Below are positions 10,995 to 20,474 of a DNA stretch of 64,000 nucleotides, piece by piece. Both the position numbers and the translations under genes were made by a program. The notes beneath the pieces are model-generated. The model saw only the letters and a program-made list of their open reading frames with translations. It did not search any database and was not told the origin of the DNA. This DNA is from an uncultured delta proteobacterium (GTDB lineage: Bacteria; Desulfobacterota; RBG-13-43-22): assembly GCA_963790475.1 (NCBI GenBank), contig CAWBOS010000012.1:1056001-1120000 (forward strand). The letters are read 5' to 3'. Each line of letters opens with the position of its first letter. Position 1 is the stretch's first letter.

Positions 10995-12536
10995 ATGATA
11001 AAAACAGTGGAACAGTATCTGGAGAGTTTGAATGACGGACGGGAAGTCTGGTGCCTGGGAGAAAGGGTAACTGATGTCCGGACCCACCCGACAGTGAGCA
11101 CCATCATCAGAACGGCGTGCATGGACTATGTCCTGCCAAACCATCCGGATTATCGGGACCTCTTTGTGACCCAGGATGCGGACGGAGAAGATATTAATTT
11201 TTTGCTTACCTCTCCCAAAACGCCTGAAGACCTTCTTCGAAGGCGGGAATGCTATACGGTCGGAATCAGATCCGGCGGTGGAGTGATTGTGCATTGCATG
11301 GGCGCCGATGCCCTGGCCGCCTTTTCCGTTGCCGCCCAGGTCATGGACAAAGAGTTGAAGACCGGCTATATGGAGCGCGTCGAGCAGTACCGCAAGCATT
11401 TGCAAAAAAATGATCTGGCTATCACCGGTGCCATTACCGATGTAAAGGGGGACAGAAGCCTTCATCCCTCAAAGCAGAAACAGCACCAGGACTTTTACCT
11501 TAGGATAGTGGATCGGCGGAAGGACGGCATCGTGGTTCGGGGCGCCAAAGTGCATATCAGCGCCTCTCCCTGCGCCAATGAGTTGCTCTGCCTGCCCTGC
11601 CGGACGCACGGCGAAGCGGACAAGGACTATGCCCTGGCCTTTGCCGTACCGGTCAACACGCCCGGGGTCAAGCTTTTGGGAGTTGAGCCGAATGTTCGGA
11701 TCTACGGTGAGGAATGTGAATTCGATTATCCCATGTCGAACCATATGCAGCCATCGGAATCTTTAATCATCTTTGAAGACGTCTTTGTGCCCTGGGAAAG
11801 GGTTTTTATGTGCGGTGAGTGGCAGTACTCCCAAGTCCTGGCTTATGCCTTCGCCAGCTACCATCGCCTCTTCGGCACCTGCAAAATGACGGGAACCCTG
11901 GAAGTCATGACCGGGGCAGCGAGCCTGATCGCCGAATACAACGGTGTCCAGAATGCTCCGCATGTCCGGAAAAAGCTGGCCTGGATGGCCTATATTACCG
12001 AAACAGTGCAAATGTTGGGGAAGCAGGCCTGCCTTGATCCGGTTACCGAATTCGGAATGGATGTGATGATGCCCAACAGGATGGCCATCAATGCCTCGAA
12101 GTTTACTTACGCCAGTAATTTTCACCAGATGTGCCAGCACATGCAGGATATCGGCGGTGGTTTGACCACCACGGTGCCGGCCTACCGGGATTGGAAGAAT
12201 CCCGCTATACAGCCCTACATCGAGAAATATCTGGCGGCAAAAGACGGTGTGTCAACGGAGGACCGGATTCGCATATTGCGGCTCATCAAGGACATAACCG
12301 GGAATCACTATCAGGTCGACACCATCCACGGCGAAGGATCCATGGCCGCGCAGGAGATGTTTCTCTATACCAGTGCTAACTGGAAAAAGATCCAGTCGGC
12401 GGCGAAACGGGCGGCCCGTGTCGACGGGTGGCAGGACGATCCCATTTATGGAAAACTGCCATTGCAGAAGGATTTCGTAAAAATGCCCGCCATTGATGAA
12501 TCCTATGCGAGTATCGCCTTAACGGCCAAGAAATAA
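10995..12536 (+). CDS. 4-hydroxybutyryl-CoA dehydratase / 4-hydroxyphenylacetate 3-hydroxylase family flavoprotein
   Basis: AITDVKGDRS, GIVVRGAKVH, FEDVFVPWERVFM and IHGEGS motifs. Confidence 0.85.
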   Translation: MIKTVEQYLESLNDGREVWCLGERVTDVRTHPTVSTIIRTACMDYVLPNHPDYRDLFVTQDADGEDINFLLTSPKTPEDLLRRRECYTVGIRSGGGVIVHCMGADALAAFSVAAQVMDKELKTGYMERVEQYRKHLQKNDLAITGAITDVKGDRSLHPSKQKQHQDFYLRIVDRRKDGIVVRGAKVHISASPCANELLCLPCRTHGEADKDYALAFAVPVNTPGVKLLGVEPNVRIYGEECEFDYPMSNHMQPSESLIIFEDVFVPWERVFMCGEWQYSQVLAYAFASYHRLFGTCKMTGTLEVMTGAASLIAEYNGVQNAPHVRKKLAWMAYITETVQMLGKQACLDPVTEFGMDVMMPNRMAINASKFTYASNFHQMCQHMQDIGGGLTTTVPAYRDWKNPAIQPYIEKYLAAKDGVSTEDRIRILRLIKDITGNHYQVDTIHGEGSMAAQEMFLYTSANWKKIQSAAKRAARVDGWQDDPIYGKLPLQKDFVKMPAIDESYASIALTAKK

Positions 12537-12540
12537 CCCT

Positions 12541-12571
12541 GATGCCCAGAGGAACCTTTCCTCTGGGCATC
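12541..12571 (+). terminator. Stem-loop terminator
   Basis: gatgcccagaggaa-cct-ttcctctgggcatc perfect hairpin just after the stop codon. Confidence 0.7.
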
Positions 12572-12789
12572 TTAAATTTAGCCCCCTTGAAAGACCGGGG
12601 AAGGTAACGTCCAAGATGATGGTCCCAACCCGACGCAATGCCCGGGGAAAGTTTCCCCGGGTATCTCCTATTTCCCAGGCTTCTTTCCCAGGGATTGCCT
12701 AATGATAGAGGGGAGGTCTCCCTTAACCACAGGAATTGCCCCGAGCAAAAAAGCCGGGTGTGGTTAAAGGTAAATTGGAGAAAAAAAGC

Positions 12790-13164
12790 TTAGGCGCCGG
12801 TCTGTCCCAAGGAGTTAACCAGAGTCTCCACTTCTTGCCAATTCAGGGACTCTTTAACAAAATACCAATCGGCCCCTTTTTGAAGGGCGGCCTCACGGTA
12901 TTCCGGGATATCATATCCGGTCAAGAGGGCAATGACCATCTTCGGATAGGCCTTTTTTATCTCTTGAGTCAATTGAAGGCCGTTCTTCCCAGGCAGGCGC
13001 ATGTCCATAAAAATCAGATCAGGAGAATCCTCCCGGATCTTCTCCAAAGCCTCCTCCCCGTTAGCGGCCTCATCAATGATCAGCCGGGGGAAATGGGAGG
13101 CCAGATTATTCTGGAAAGCTTCCCGAAAAGTGCGATTGTCTTCAACGAGCAGTACTCTTGACAT
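12790..13164 (-). CDS. Single-domain response regulator (receiver only)
   Basis: VLLVEDN, DLIFMDMRLP, LTG and VK motifs. Confidence 0.9.
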   Translation of the reverse strand: MSRVLLVEDNRTFREAFQNNLASHFPRLIIDEAANGEEALEKIREDSPDLIFMDMRLPGKNGLQLTQEIKKAYPKMVIALLTGYDIPEYREAALQKGADWYFVKESLNWQEVETLVNSLGQTGA

Positions 13165-13864
13165 GGATTATTCTCCTGAACGGATTTATGAGATATGATT
13201 TCGATTGTTGAGGTTATGCCGTCTTTACTTTTTCAATCTTTAATCCTGAATCATAAATCAGGCCATCATAAATTAAAAACAAAAAAAATCCCCCCCTTCT
13301 CCCTTCTCTGCCAAGACCTCAAGGGGCTTCTGGTAGTGAAGACATCTTCTGGATCGATTATTTGGTTTTTTGGTAACAAATGCAATCTTTTTTTCCGATC
13401 CTCTTTGGAAATCAATTCCTTTGGGAAAATATCCCTCGAAGCTGAAAAAAAATCGATTTATGGTCCGGGAAAAAAGCCGGATGTGCTTAAACGTAAAGTG
13501 GGGATAGAAAATTTTACCTCTTAAAATCTGTCGTTAAGGGAAAAAGTCCGAGCTGAAGTGTTGGGTTTTGTACTTAAACCTGAGCTGAAAAATGGCCGAA
13601 AAAACATGAAGTCATGAATGAAGGGGAGATATGTGAAATTAGACGAATGCCCAATTGAATAAGTTGTATTAACACCAGCGGCCCCTCTTATTAGACCCCT
13701 GACTTATATCTTTTCTTGACTAAACAGGCCCCCTTATTTTATAATCATTCCTGCTTGTAAAATCAGATTCTTATGCCAAACTGATTAACCTGATAGAACC
13801 ATGGTCCTATCGCTATTGGTTTCAGGACGGCGTCCTTTTAACAATCTTTTCAGGATTTCCCATC

Positions 13865-15865
13865 ATGGATTCAACCCAATTGGCTCTCGATTTTTTCAAT
13901 TTTGATACGCCGTTTGCGCGTCTAAGAAAAACAGTGCCAATTGATACGACATTTCCTGAGGAGGAAGCCAATAGACTCGCTACCATAGAGTCCTTTAACA
14001 AACACCTTTTTAGGCCCAATACTTATTTGCACAAATGGTGGGCACGTCGGTCCGGTACCACATTTCGCCATATTTTAAAGCAACTCGTCCCGGATATCTC
14101 AAAAAGGGATTATTACAGCCCCGGCGGTTTGGAGGGGGTTACGATCCTCGACCCCATGATTGGCGGTGGAACCACTTTGCATGAAGCCATCCGCCTGGGT
14201 GCCAATGTAATCGGGTTTGACATTGACCCTATTCCAGTCCTGCAAGCCAGGGCCTCCCTCTCTGGCATCTCAATTTTTGAGAAACAGCAAATCTATCACG
14301 CTTTCGAAAGGGAATTGGCCAAGCGTATAGGCAAGTACTTCAAGACCTCCTGCCCAACCTGTGGCCGCAGTGTAGATCTGCAGTTCACGTTGTACGGTTT
14401 GAGAAAACGGTGCGACTCGGATGAGGTCTTGGTCGTGGATTCCTTGGTCCTCCGGGAGGAGTCTGATGGGAGTCAGAGAACTCTCGACGAGTTCTACCCC
14501 TATAGACAAATCCAGCTAAGGGGAAAAACTTGGAAGATATTAACCAAAGAGGAAGCCCGGGGAAAAGGGATTAACGGAAAAAGCTCAGAGATACTTTCCG
14601 TCCCTTTTACCGAACGCTATGTTCCTCTAATAATCGCCGGGCATTGCCCTGTTCATCAAAACTTTTATAAACCCATCGACAGCCAGGATATTAAGCTTCT
14701 TTTATCCGCCCAATGTTGGGTAACTAAGAATATTCATTTCCCAACCAACGACTTTGAGATACCAAACGGTCCCAAGTCAGATGACCTGAAAAACAGGAAT
14801 GTTCATTATTACTACGAACTCTTTTTCCCCCGTCAGTTGATCTATATTGCCAAGTCTCAGGCTATCCTGGCCACCATCCCCCAGAAGCACGCCCTTTGGA
14901 TGAGCTTATTATTATCTACTTCTTTGGAATTCAATGCCGCTCTCTGTGGTTATAAAGGAGTAGATAAAAGACGGCCTGGGGCCATCCGGCACGTTTTTTC
15001 TCATCATGCCTATTCCTTCCCCTATACGGCACTCGAAAACAATCCCCTGTTCTATCGCAATACATCGGGTACTCTCGGCAATCTTTTTGAGAGCCGGATT
15101 GTCGCCGCTGGGGAATGGGCCAAGGCTCCGATTGAACGGCGCTATATCAACCACCAATGGATAAAGACGACCATTCCAAACGAGATCGACCTGGGCCAGG
15201 AGTCATCTTCTCTTTCCGAATTTTCTGGTCAGAGCAAAATGTTTCTCGTTAGTCAAAACGATTCGACACAAATGCCGTTAGCTTCAAAATCCGTGGATTT
15301 TGTTGTGACCGATCCACCCTATTTTAACAGCGTTCAGTATAGTGATTTGTCCCATTTTTTCCGGTGCTGGCTCAGGACCTTTCTTCCGGACCAATCCAAT
15401 TGGCGTTATGTGAGCCAGTCTTCTGCCGTTGCCGAATCTGAAGAAAATGAAGCAAAGTTTGGCTTCGTCCTTGGACAAATATGGCAGGAATGTAATCGGG
15501 TTTTAAAACGTCCTCATGGCCGGCTTATCTTTACTTATCATCATTGGGACCCGAAGGCCTGGGCGCAACTTACGAACGCCCTGAAAAAGGCCCGCTTCCT
15601 CTTAACCAACGCCTTTGTTGTTCATTCTGAGAATCCAATCTCTGTTCATATCATGAATTTACGCGCCCTGAAACATGACACCATACTTGTCTTGAAACCC
15701 CGGGGGCCTCGAAAAAAGGATCAATGGCAAAAACCTGAGCCGATTGAAGACTTTGATAGCTACTCTTTTTGTAAGGCCTGTGGGAACATGATGGGCTGGA
15801 TTCTCGAACAGGACATGTCTGAACAAGATATTGCCAAAGCCTGGACGGATTTTCTGAAAGGTTAA
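13865..15865 (+). CDS. Amino-(m6A/m4C) DNA methyltransferase, DUF1156-like
   Basis: LHKWWARR N-terminal motif, motif I LDPMIGGGTT, motif IV VTDPPY, internal CPTC/CPVH Zn-finger-like insert. Confidence 0.85.
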   Translation: MDSTQLALDFFNFDTPFARLRKTVPIDTTFPEEEANRLATIESFNKHLFRPNTYLHKWWARRSGTTFRHILKQLVPDISKRDYYSPGGLEGVTILDPMIGGGTTLHEAIRLGANVIGFDIDPIPVLQARASLSGISIFEKQQIYHAFERELAKRIGKYFKTSCPTCGRSVDLQFTLYGLRKRCDSDEVLVVDSLVLREESDGSQRTLDEFYPYRQIQLRGKTWKILTKEEARGKGINGKSSEILSVPFTERYVPLIIAGHCPVHQNFYKPIDSQDIKLLLSAQCWVTKNIHFPTNDFEIPNGPKSDDLKNRNVHYYYELFFPRQLIYIAKSQAILATIPQKHALWMSLLLSTSLEFNAALCGYKGVDKRRPGAIRHVFSHHAYSFPYTALENNPLFYRNTSGTLGNLFESRIVAAGEWAKAPIERRYINHQWIKTTIPNEIDLGQESSSLSEFSGQSKMFLVSQNDSTQMPLASKSVDFVVTDPPYFNSVQYSDLSHFFRCWLRTFLPDQSNWRYVSQSSAVAESEENEAKFGFVLGQIWQECNRVLKRPHGRLIFTYHHWDPKAWAQLTNALKKARFLLTNAFVVHSENPISVHIMNLRALKHDTILVLKPRGPRKKDQWQKPEPIEDFDSYSFCKACGNMMGWILEQDMSEQDIAKAWTDFLKG

Positions 15866-15869
15866 ATTA

Positions 15870-16790
15870 ATGGCCAAATACCCTTCTGAGATATTCGGAT
15901 ATTATTGGAAAGATTCCTCTGTAGAGGCAAGATCGGCGAAGAAAAACCATCATTGCCCGTTTCATGATTCTGTGTGCTATAAAAAAAGCAGACTGGTTGA
16001 CTTCCCCTTCGGCGTATGCACCGCTCATACCGATGGCAAAGAAATTGCGCTATGCCCTCGCAGGTTTCTGGAGAAAGGCCTCATCTTTCGGGATATCGCC
16101 AAGGCCCACTTTGGCTCGATTCATAACATCCTGGTTTTTAGTGAGGTGGGTCTTACCGGGATTGGCAACTTCGACTTTGTGATGGTCAAACACAAGCCTC
16201 TGAGCACCGTGGTAGAAGATTTCGCAGTAATCGAACTTCAGACCGGACAAACCACCAGCACCGGCAAGCTTGTCCAGGGGTTTAAAGACTTCATGGACTC
16301 AGGGACCTTGGCCCCTAAGGCTACCTACAATTTCGGCATAAACACTTATGACATCTGGAAGAGGACATTCACCCAGATCCTCAACAAAGGCATAATCCTT
16401 GAGAAATGGAAAAGAAAGATTTTCTGGGTCGTCCAGGAACCGGTTTTTGAATATTTCCGGCATAAATATCGATTGGGATCAATCCAGTACGACGCCAATC
16501 ATTCATCCGTCTTCCTCCTCTACGATCTGAAGCTTACGGGGAATCGTCTGGTCCTTTCCCAAACCAACAAATACTCCTCAACCATAGATGCACTTTTTGA
16601 GGCTTTTAGGAAGAACGATGAAATTCCACCTGTGGAGAAGTTTGTCGAACGATTGCAGACTAAGGTAGATTCCGATCTCAAGCTGGGTCTCCGGTTGGAT
16701 AAAAAAATATCCCCCACTTATTTTGACGCCCCTAAGCCAACATCTTCCGGCAGGGTTAAAGATGATCAGGAAGATTATAGGGATGAATAG
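15870..16790 (+). CDS. NotI-family restriction endonuclease
   Basis: CPF...C.K...PFGVC...CPRRF Cys4 motif; FDFV...IELQT PD-(D/E)xK-like core; 4 bp downstream of the methyltransferase. Confidence 0.8.
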   Translation: MAKYPSEIFGYYWKDSSVEARSAKKNHHCPFHDSVCYKKSRLVDFPFGVCTAHTDGKEIALCPRRFLEKGLIFRDIAKAHFGSIHNILVFSEVGLTGIGNFDFVMVKHKPLSTVVEDFAVIELQTGQTTSTGKLVQGFKDFMDSGTLAPKATYNFGINTYDIWKRTFTQILNKGIILEKWKRKIFWVVQEPVFEYFRHKYRLGSIQYDANHSSVFLLYDLKLTGNRLVLSQTNKYSSTIDALFEAFRKNDEIPPVEKFVERLQTKVDSDLKLGLRLDKKISPTYFDAPKPTSSGRVKDDQEDYRDE

Positions 16791-17176
16791 AGGATAAGAC
16801 CGAACCCGCTGTTCCAAAATAAATGGGCGCCGTTGTCCATCTTTTGTATTCGGCGACCGTGGTGATTGGATTTCATAAGGGGGAGGACGATTGGGTTCGA
16901 CTGGGGAACTTACTTCAAAAGCAAGGAAATGTTAACTTCACAACTTGGGGAGCTCAAAGCTCATTGCTGAAAGCTCATAGGGGGAGTCTGGTCTATTTGG
17001 TCCATTGGTTCGTTTCGTATATATGGTCGATTAGTTTGATAGGTTTAAAAGAAGACCAAACAAAAAGACCAAGAATAATACTAAGTAAATAAAGGGGAAA
17101 AGGGGGGAAGTCAAGGGGAAAATAGGCCTTGCCCCCCTTCACTTTTAGATAAGGGCTTATTTTTCAAGAATAATTA

Positions 17177-17223
17177 ATGTATGTTATTATTTAGTTGACA
17201 TACATATATATTCATGGTAGGCT
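17177..17223 (+). promoter_or_regulatory. Sigma70-like promoter with overlapping inverted repeat inside the IS left end
   Basis: TTGACA 17195-17200, 17-bp spacer, TAGGCT 17218-17223; IR atgtatgtta-N9-tgacatacat. Confidence 0.55.
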
Positions 17224-17252
17224 CTGGCTCAATTGAACTCAGGAGGGTGCCC

Positions 17253-17582
17253 ATGGAAAATAAACTGCCCGAAGAATTCCTTTCCTTTTTTGAGTCCATA
17301 TTGTCAGCCCAACTTCGTGTAGTTCGCCAATTCAAGAATCCAAAATCCGGAAAGACTAAGCTCAACCAGGGGCAAGGTATGTCTAATATCTATATGGCCA
17401 TAGACATACTTCAAAAGGCCAAACAACCTCTTCATATCTCCGAAATCATTAATCAGGTTAAAGCCAAACACGGCGTAACGCTGGATCGTGAATCTTTGGT
17501 CAGCGCTTTGGTTAAAAAAGTCCACCAGAACCAGGGGTTGATACGTACGGCCCCCAACACCTTTCAGGTATCGAGTAAGTGA
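17253..17582 (+). CDS. Small winged-helix protein (HARE-HTH-like) inside the IS
   Basis: AGGAGG RBS; AIDILQKAKQPLHISEII...LIRTAPNTF wHTH pattern; GTGA overlap with the transposase start. Confidence 0.75.
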   Translation: MENKLPEEFLSFFESILSAQLRVVRQFKNPKSGKTKLNQGQGMSNIYMAIDILQKAKQPLHISEIINQVKAKHGVTLDRESLVSALVKKVHQNQGLIRTAPNTFQVSSK

Positions 17583-18778
17583 TCCATAAAGCCTCTAATC
17601 GGGAACGTATTGTCCACGATGAGTTGCTCCTGAAACTCTGTACCCTTCTATTGACCTATCAAGGGATTATTCGGATCTCTATTCTTAAAAATATTGCCTT
17701 GGTTACCTATGCGATCTTGACCCTTTTTAGCGGGGCACGAGGTTCTAATGGCTGGCTTTCCAAAGCCGCTTTAGCCCGATGCTTACCCTTAGACCTGGGC
17801 CCCAAAACCCGAGAGCAGCGACTCTACCGATTTTTAGCCAATCCGAGATTTACTCCGGAAGTCATGATCCCCCTGTTGGTGGCCTTGGCCAATGGAACCC
17901 ATCTCCCCGGACCGATCCCTCTCATCCTGGATCAGACCTCTATCCGGGGCATTCCCACCTTGCTGATCGGTTTGGTCTTTGAGGGGCGGGTGATACCCGT
18001 AGCTTTTTCTTGCTTCACTTATTCTCGTATTCAAAAAAGCCAAAACATCTTGGAACACGCCTTGATCTTAGCGGTTATGAGCTGTTTCCCGGCTAAGCAG
18101 CGCCCCTGGCTGATTATGGACCGGGGCTACGCTCGCATTGGTCTCTTAATGAAACTGGGCTTGGAGGGAATCCCTTTCCTGGTTCGAGCCCAAAAAAATG
18201 TCCTGGTTTACCGAAAAGGGGAACCTATCGCCCTCGGGCGGCTCTCGGTCAAACCCGGTCAGATCCAACGCTACTCGATCCGCTATCATTCTAAAGAAAA
18301 GGAACCGCTGGATCTAATCATCTTTTATGGGAAAGGCTATCAAGAACCTTGGTATCTCCTGGTTCCGGCCAATACGCCCGAGTCTGCGGAAGAAATCGTC
18401 GCCCTCTACGCCAAACGCATGTCTATTGAACAAGGCTTCCGGGATTGGAAAACCCACCTGGGTATCCGGGGCATGGTTTTTGTTCATGATAATCCCGCTC
18501 CGCGCCTTACTCGTTTACTCTTGGCCTTCTCTCTCAGTTATTTGCTTTGTCTGGCTTTGGGTAGTACCGCCGACAGCCAACTCGTAAGGGCTTTTGTGGA
18601 AATCCCCAGGCGAACGGCTCGGCATGGCACCACTCGAACACTCTCCGTCCTTTCTATTGGCATCTTAAAACTTTCCTTGCCTAAGTTCGCCTCCCAGGCC
18701 CGCTTACAAGTCTTAGCCGTTATTCAACAGCTTCTTTCTGGCCAAGGGTTGATCGCTGCCATCGTATCTCCCCCTTAA
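17579..18778 (+). CDS. IS4-family DDE transposase
   Basis: ILDQT, MDRGY and YAKRMSIEQGFRDWK (YREK signature). Confidence 0.9.
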   Translation: MIHKASNRERIVHDELLLKLCTLLLTYQGIIRISILKNIALVTYAILTLFSGARGSNGWLSKAALARCLPLDLGPKTREQRLYRFLANPRFTPEVMIPLLVALANGTHLPGPIPLILDQTSIRGIPTLLIGLVFEGRVIPVAFSCFTYSRIQKSQNILEHALILAVMSCFPAKQRPWLIMDRGYARIGLLMKLGLEGIPFLVRAQKNVLVYRKGEPIALGRLSVKPGQIQRYSIRYHSKEKEPLDLIIFYGKGYQEPWYLLVPANTPESAEEIVALYAKRMSIEQGFRDWKTHLGIRGMVFVHDNPAPRLTRLLLAFSLSYLLCLALGSTADSQLVRAFVEIPRRTARHGTTRTLSVLSIGILKLSLPKFASQARLQVLAVIQQLLSGQGLIAAIVSPP

Positions 18779-19311
18779 ACCTTTCCCCCTATGGTTACCC
18801 CGATTCATCTTCCTAATTTTCTTAAAACCTCAGGGGATAGCTTTTTCTCTCGGTCTGGTATTCTCCCTAATACAGGTTCTCATTCCCCCTCCCTCGTCTT
18901 CCCGTTCTTAATAAATTAACCGACTTCCCTTTAAATCCTCTCCTTTGGGCCTTCCTCCTTTCTTCTCGCTTTCGTCCTTTTCATCTTCCCACCTCTTCTC
19001 TCCCTTCCCCTTATCTAAAAGTGAAGGGGGGCAAGGAAAATAGGCGTGAGGCATGAGGCCAGAGGCGTGAGGGGTAATAAATCAGCTTAGAGTTCAAAAC
19101 TGAAAGCTCAAAGGAGGGGATAAAGGAAAAGGACGTTCTGCGTTCGGTGTTCGGCGATCAAACCAAAGTGAGCCAAAAAGCAGGAGGCAGGGTATACGTT
19201 TGGAGTTGGGGGTTCGGGGTTCGGAGACAAGAACACAGGAGGAAAAGGCGTGAACCACGAGGCAAATGAAGTTCGGAGTTGTGAGTTCGGGCCGATAGAA
19301 CCAAGGAAAGA

Positions 19312-19736
19312 TTACGTATTCTTCTTTACAAACTTTGTCCCGTCAATAACCTTGAGGCCTTTAATCTTTCCAAAATGAAAACTATTTCTGGTTATTAAGG
19401 GAACAGCCCGTGTAAGACATGGGCCGGCAACGAGAATATCTTTTATGTTAAGTGTCTTTCCAGTCTTGGAAAGGGTTACATGGATTTGGGCCGCCTTTTT
19501 TGAATCTTCCGGAGTCCAATCGAATGGGATCAACATGGCTAAAACATCCTCAACCGGTTTCAGTTTTCCGGAGTAGTATCCCCCATAATAAAGCTCGTAA
19601 ATTGAGACGGGGAGATATAGACCTCAAACTTTCCGATCAAAGTAGGAAGGATTTCCTGGTTTTCGTTTCTGCCGCGAAGATAATCAATGATAATATCGGT
19701 ATCTACGCAAACACGGGAGGTTTCCAATTTTTCCAT
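19312..19736 (-). CDS. vapC: PIN-domain toxin (VapC), 1-bp frameshift in the G run at 19609-19612
   Basis: MEKLETSRVCVDTDIIIDYLRG start, then VSIYELYYG...DILVAG...LITRN..HF in the adjacent frame. Confidence 0.8.
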
Positions 19737-19963
19737 TCCTTATTAAGTTTCTCATAGATGTCATCTACATCAACATCCTTCCAGGCACCCCTGGCTCTCG
19801 TAAAGCCATCCTTCCGGGACTTATTAATTTCAACGAAAAATTCATTCTTTACTAGATGGATCATTTTCATGATTTTTTCCATCTCAATTTCAGAAAGTCC
19901 TTGAATTTCTGCCGAGATTTTTTCTTTATAGACTTCCGTTACTTGCCGTCCGGGTATCCTCAT
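19703..19963 (-). CDS. Putative antitoxin for the VapC
   Basis: ATG 19963 after a GAGGGGGG RBS; ends ARGAWKD...EW; overlaps the vapC start; in frame with the upstream RHH gene. Confidence 0.6.
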   Translation of the reverse strand: MRIPGRQVTEVYKEKISAEIQGLSEIEMEKIMKMIHLVKNEFFVEINKSRKDGFTRARGAWKDVDVDDIYEKLNKEWKNWKPPVFA

Positions 19964-20224
19964 CCCCCCCTCACCAAAGGTGTCTGCCTTGATGTGATAT
20001 TCTCTATGGGCCTCCCCAAGATTGGGAATCCCGCTCGATACTGAGCCAATCAGACCTTTTACTTGGTCATAGGGCTTTGATTCATTCAGTACATCGATTT
20101 CAGAAATAAATTTTTCAAGAGCCAACCTGACGATATCGGAACGCTTACGCCGGAGTCTTTTGGCGACGTTAGCGATCTGTTCATGAAATTCTTCGTCAAG
20201 CCTGACTGTTATTTGTGATTGCAT
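19964..20224 (-). CDS. CopG/RHH antitoxin-like domain reading through in frame into the downstream antitoxin
   Basis: QITVRLDEE...KRSDIVRLALEKFI RHH fold; LIGSVSSGIPNLGEAHREY tail; no stop codon before 19703. Confidence 0.65.
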
Positions 20225-20252
20225 GATTTTTCTCCCCAAATCTTATTTTGGG

Positions 20253-20278
20253 TTGCATTGTAATGTATTGCAATGCAA
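20253..20278. promoter_or_regulatory. Candidate operator upstream of the RHH gene
   Basis: ttgcattgtaat-gt-attgcaatgcaa inverted repeat (11/12). Confidence 0.5.
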
Positions 20279-20438
20279 TTTTCAACAACAAAAGGGAAAA
20301 AGAAGTATAGTCATCTAAGCAATCAGATACCTTTTCAGAGGGAATAGAGGGGGGGATATCCACCTTAGCTCGCCACTATAATCCGTCCATTACCTACAAG
20401 TTCTCTGATGGGATATTCCATAATCAAATATTATTTTC

Positions 20439-20472
20439 TTGACCCAATATATCAATTTTGATATATTGGGTC
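20439..20472 (+). promoter_or_regulatory. higBA promoter with perfect 15-bp palindromic operator
   Basis: TTGACC-17bp-TATATT; gacccaatatatcaa-tt-ttgatatattgggtc. Confidence 0.75.
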
Positions 20473-20474
20473 TC

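Larger units (their letters stand above)
17128..19035 (+). mobile_element. Intact IS4-family insertion sequence with a passenger winged-helix gene
   Basis: Perfect 28-bp terminal IRs cttgccccccttcacttttagataaggg (17128-17155 / 19008-19035); 10-bp direct repeat gaaaataggc at 17118-17127 and 19036-19045 (an alternative reading is a 29-bp IR with an 8-bp TSD). Confidence 0.93.

Noticed and set aside
13195-13524. 109-aa ORF in an AT-rich region, and similar ORFs at 16823, 31750, 40531 and 49790
   Set aside because: No convincing RBS or motif; they overlap promoter or repeat DNA
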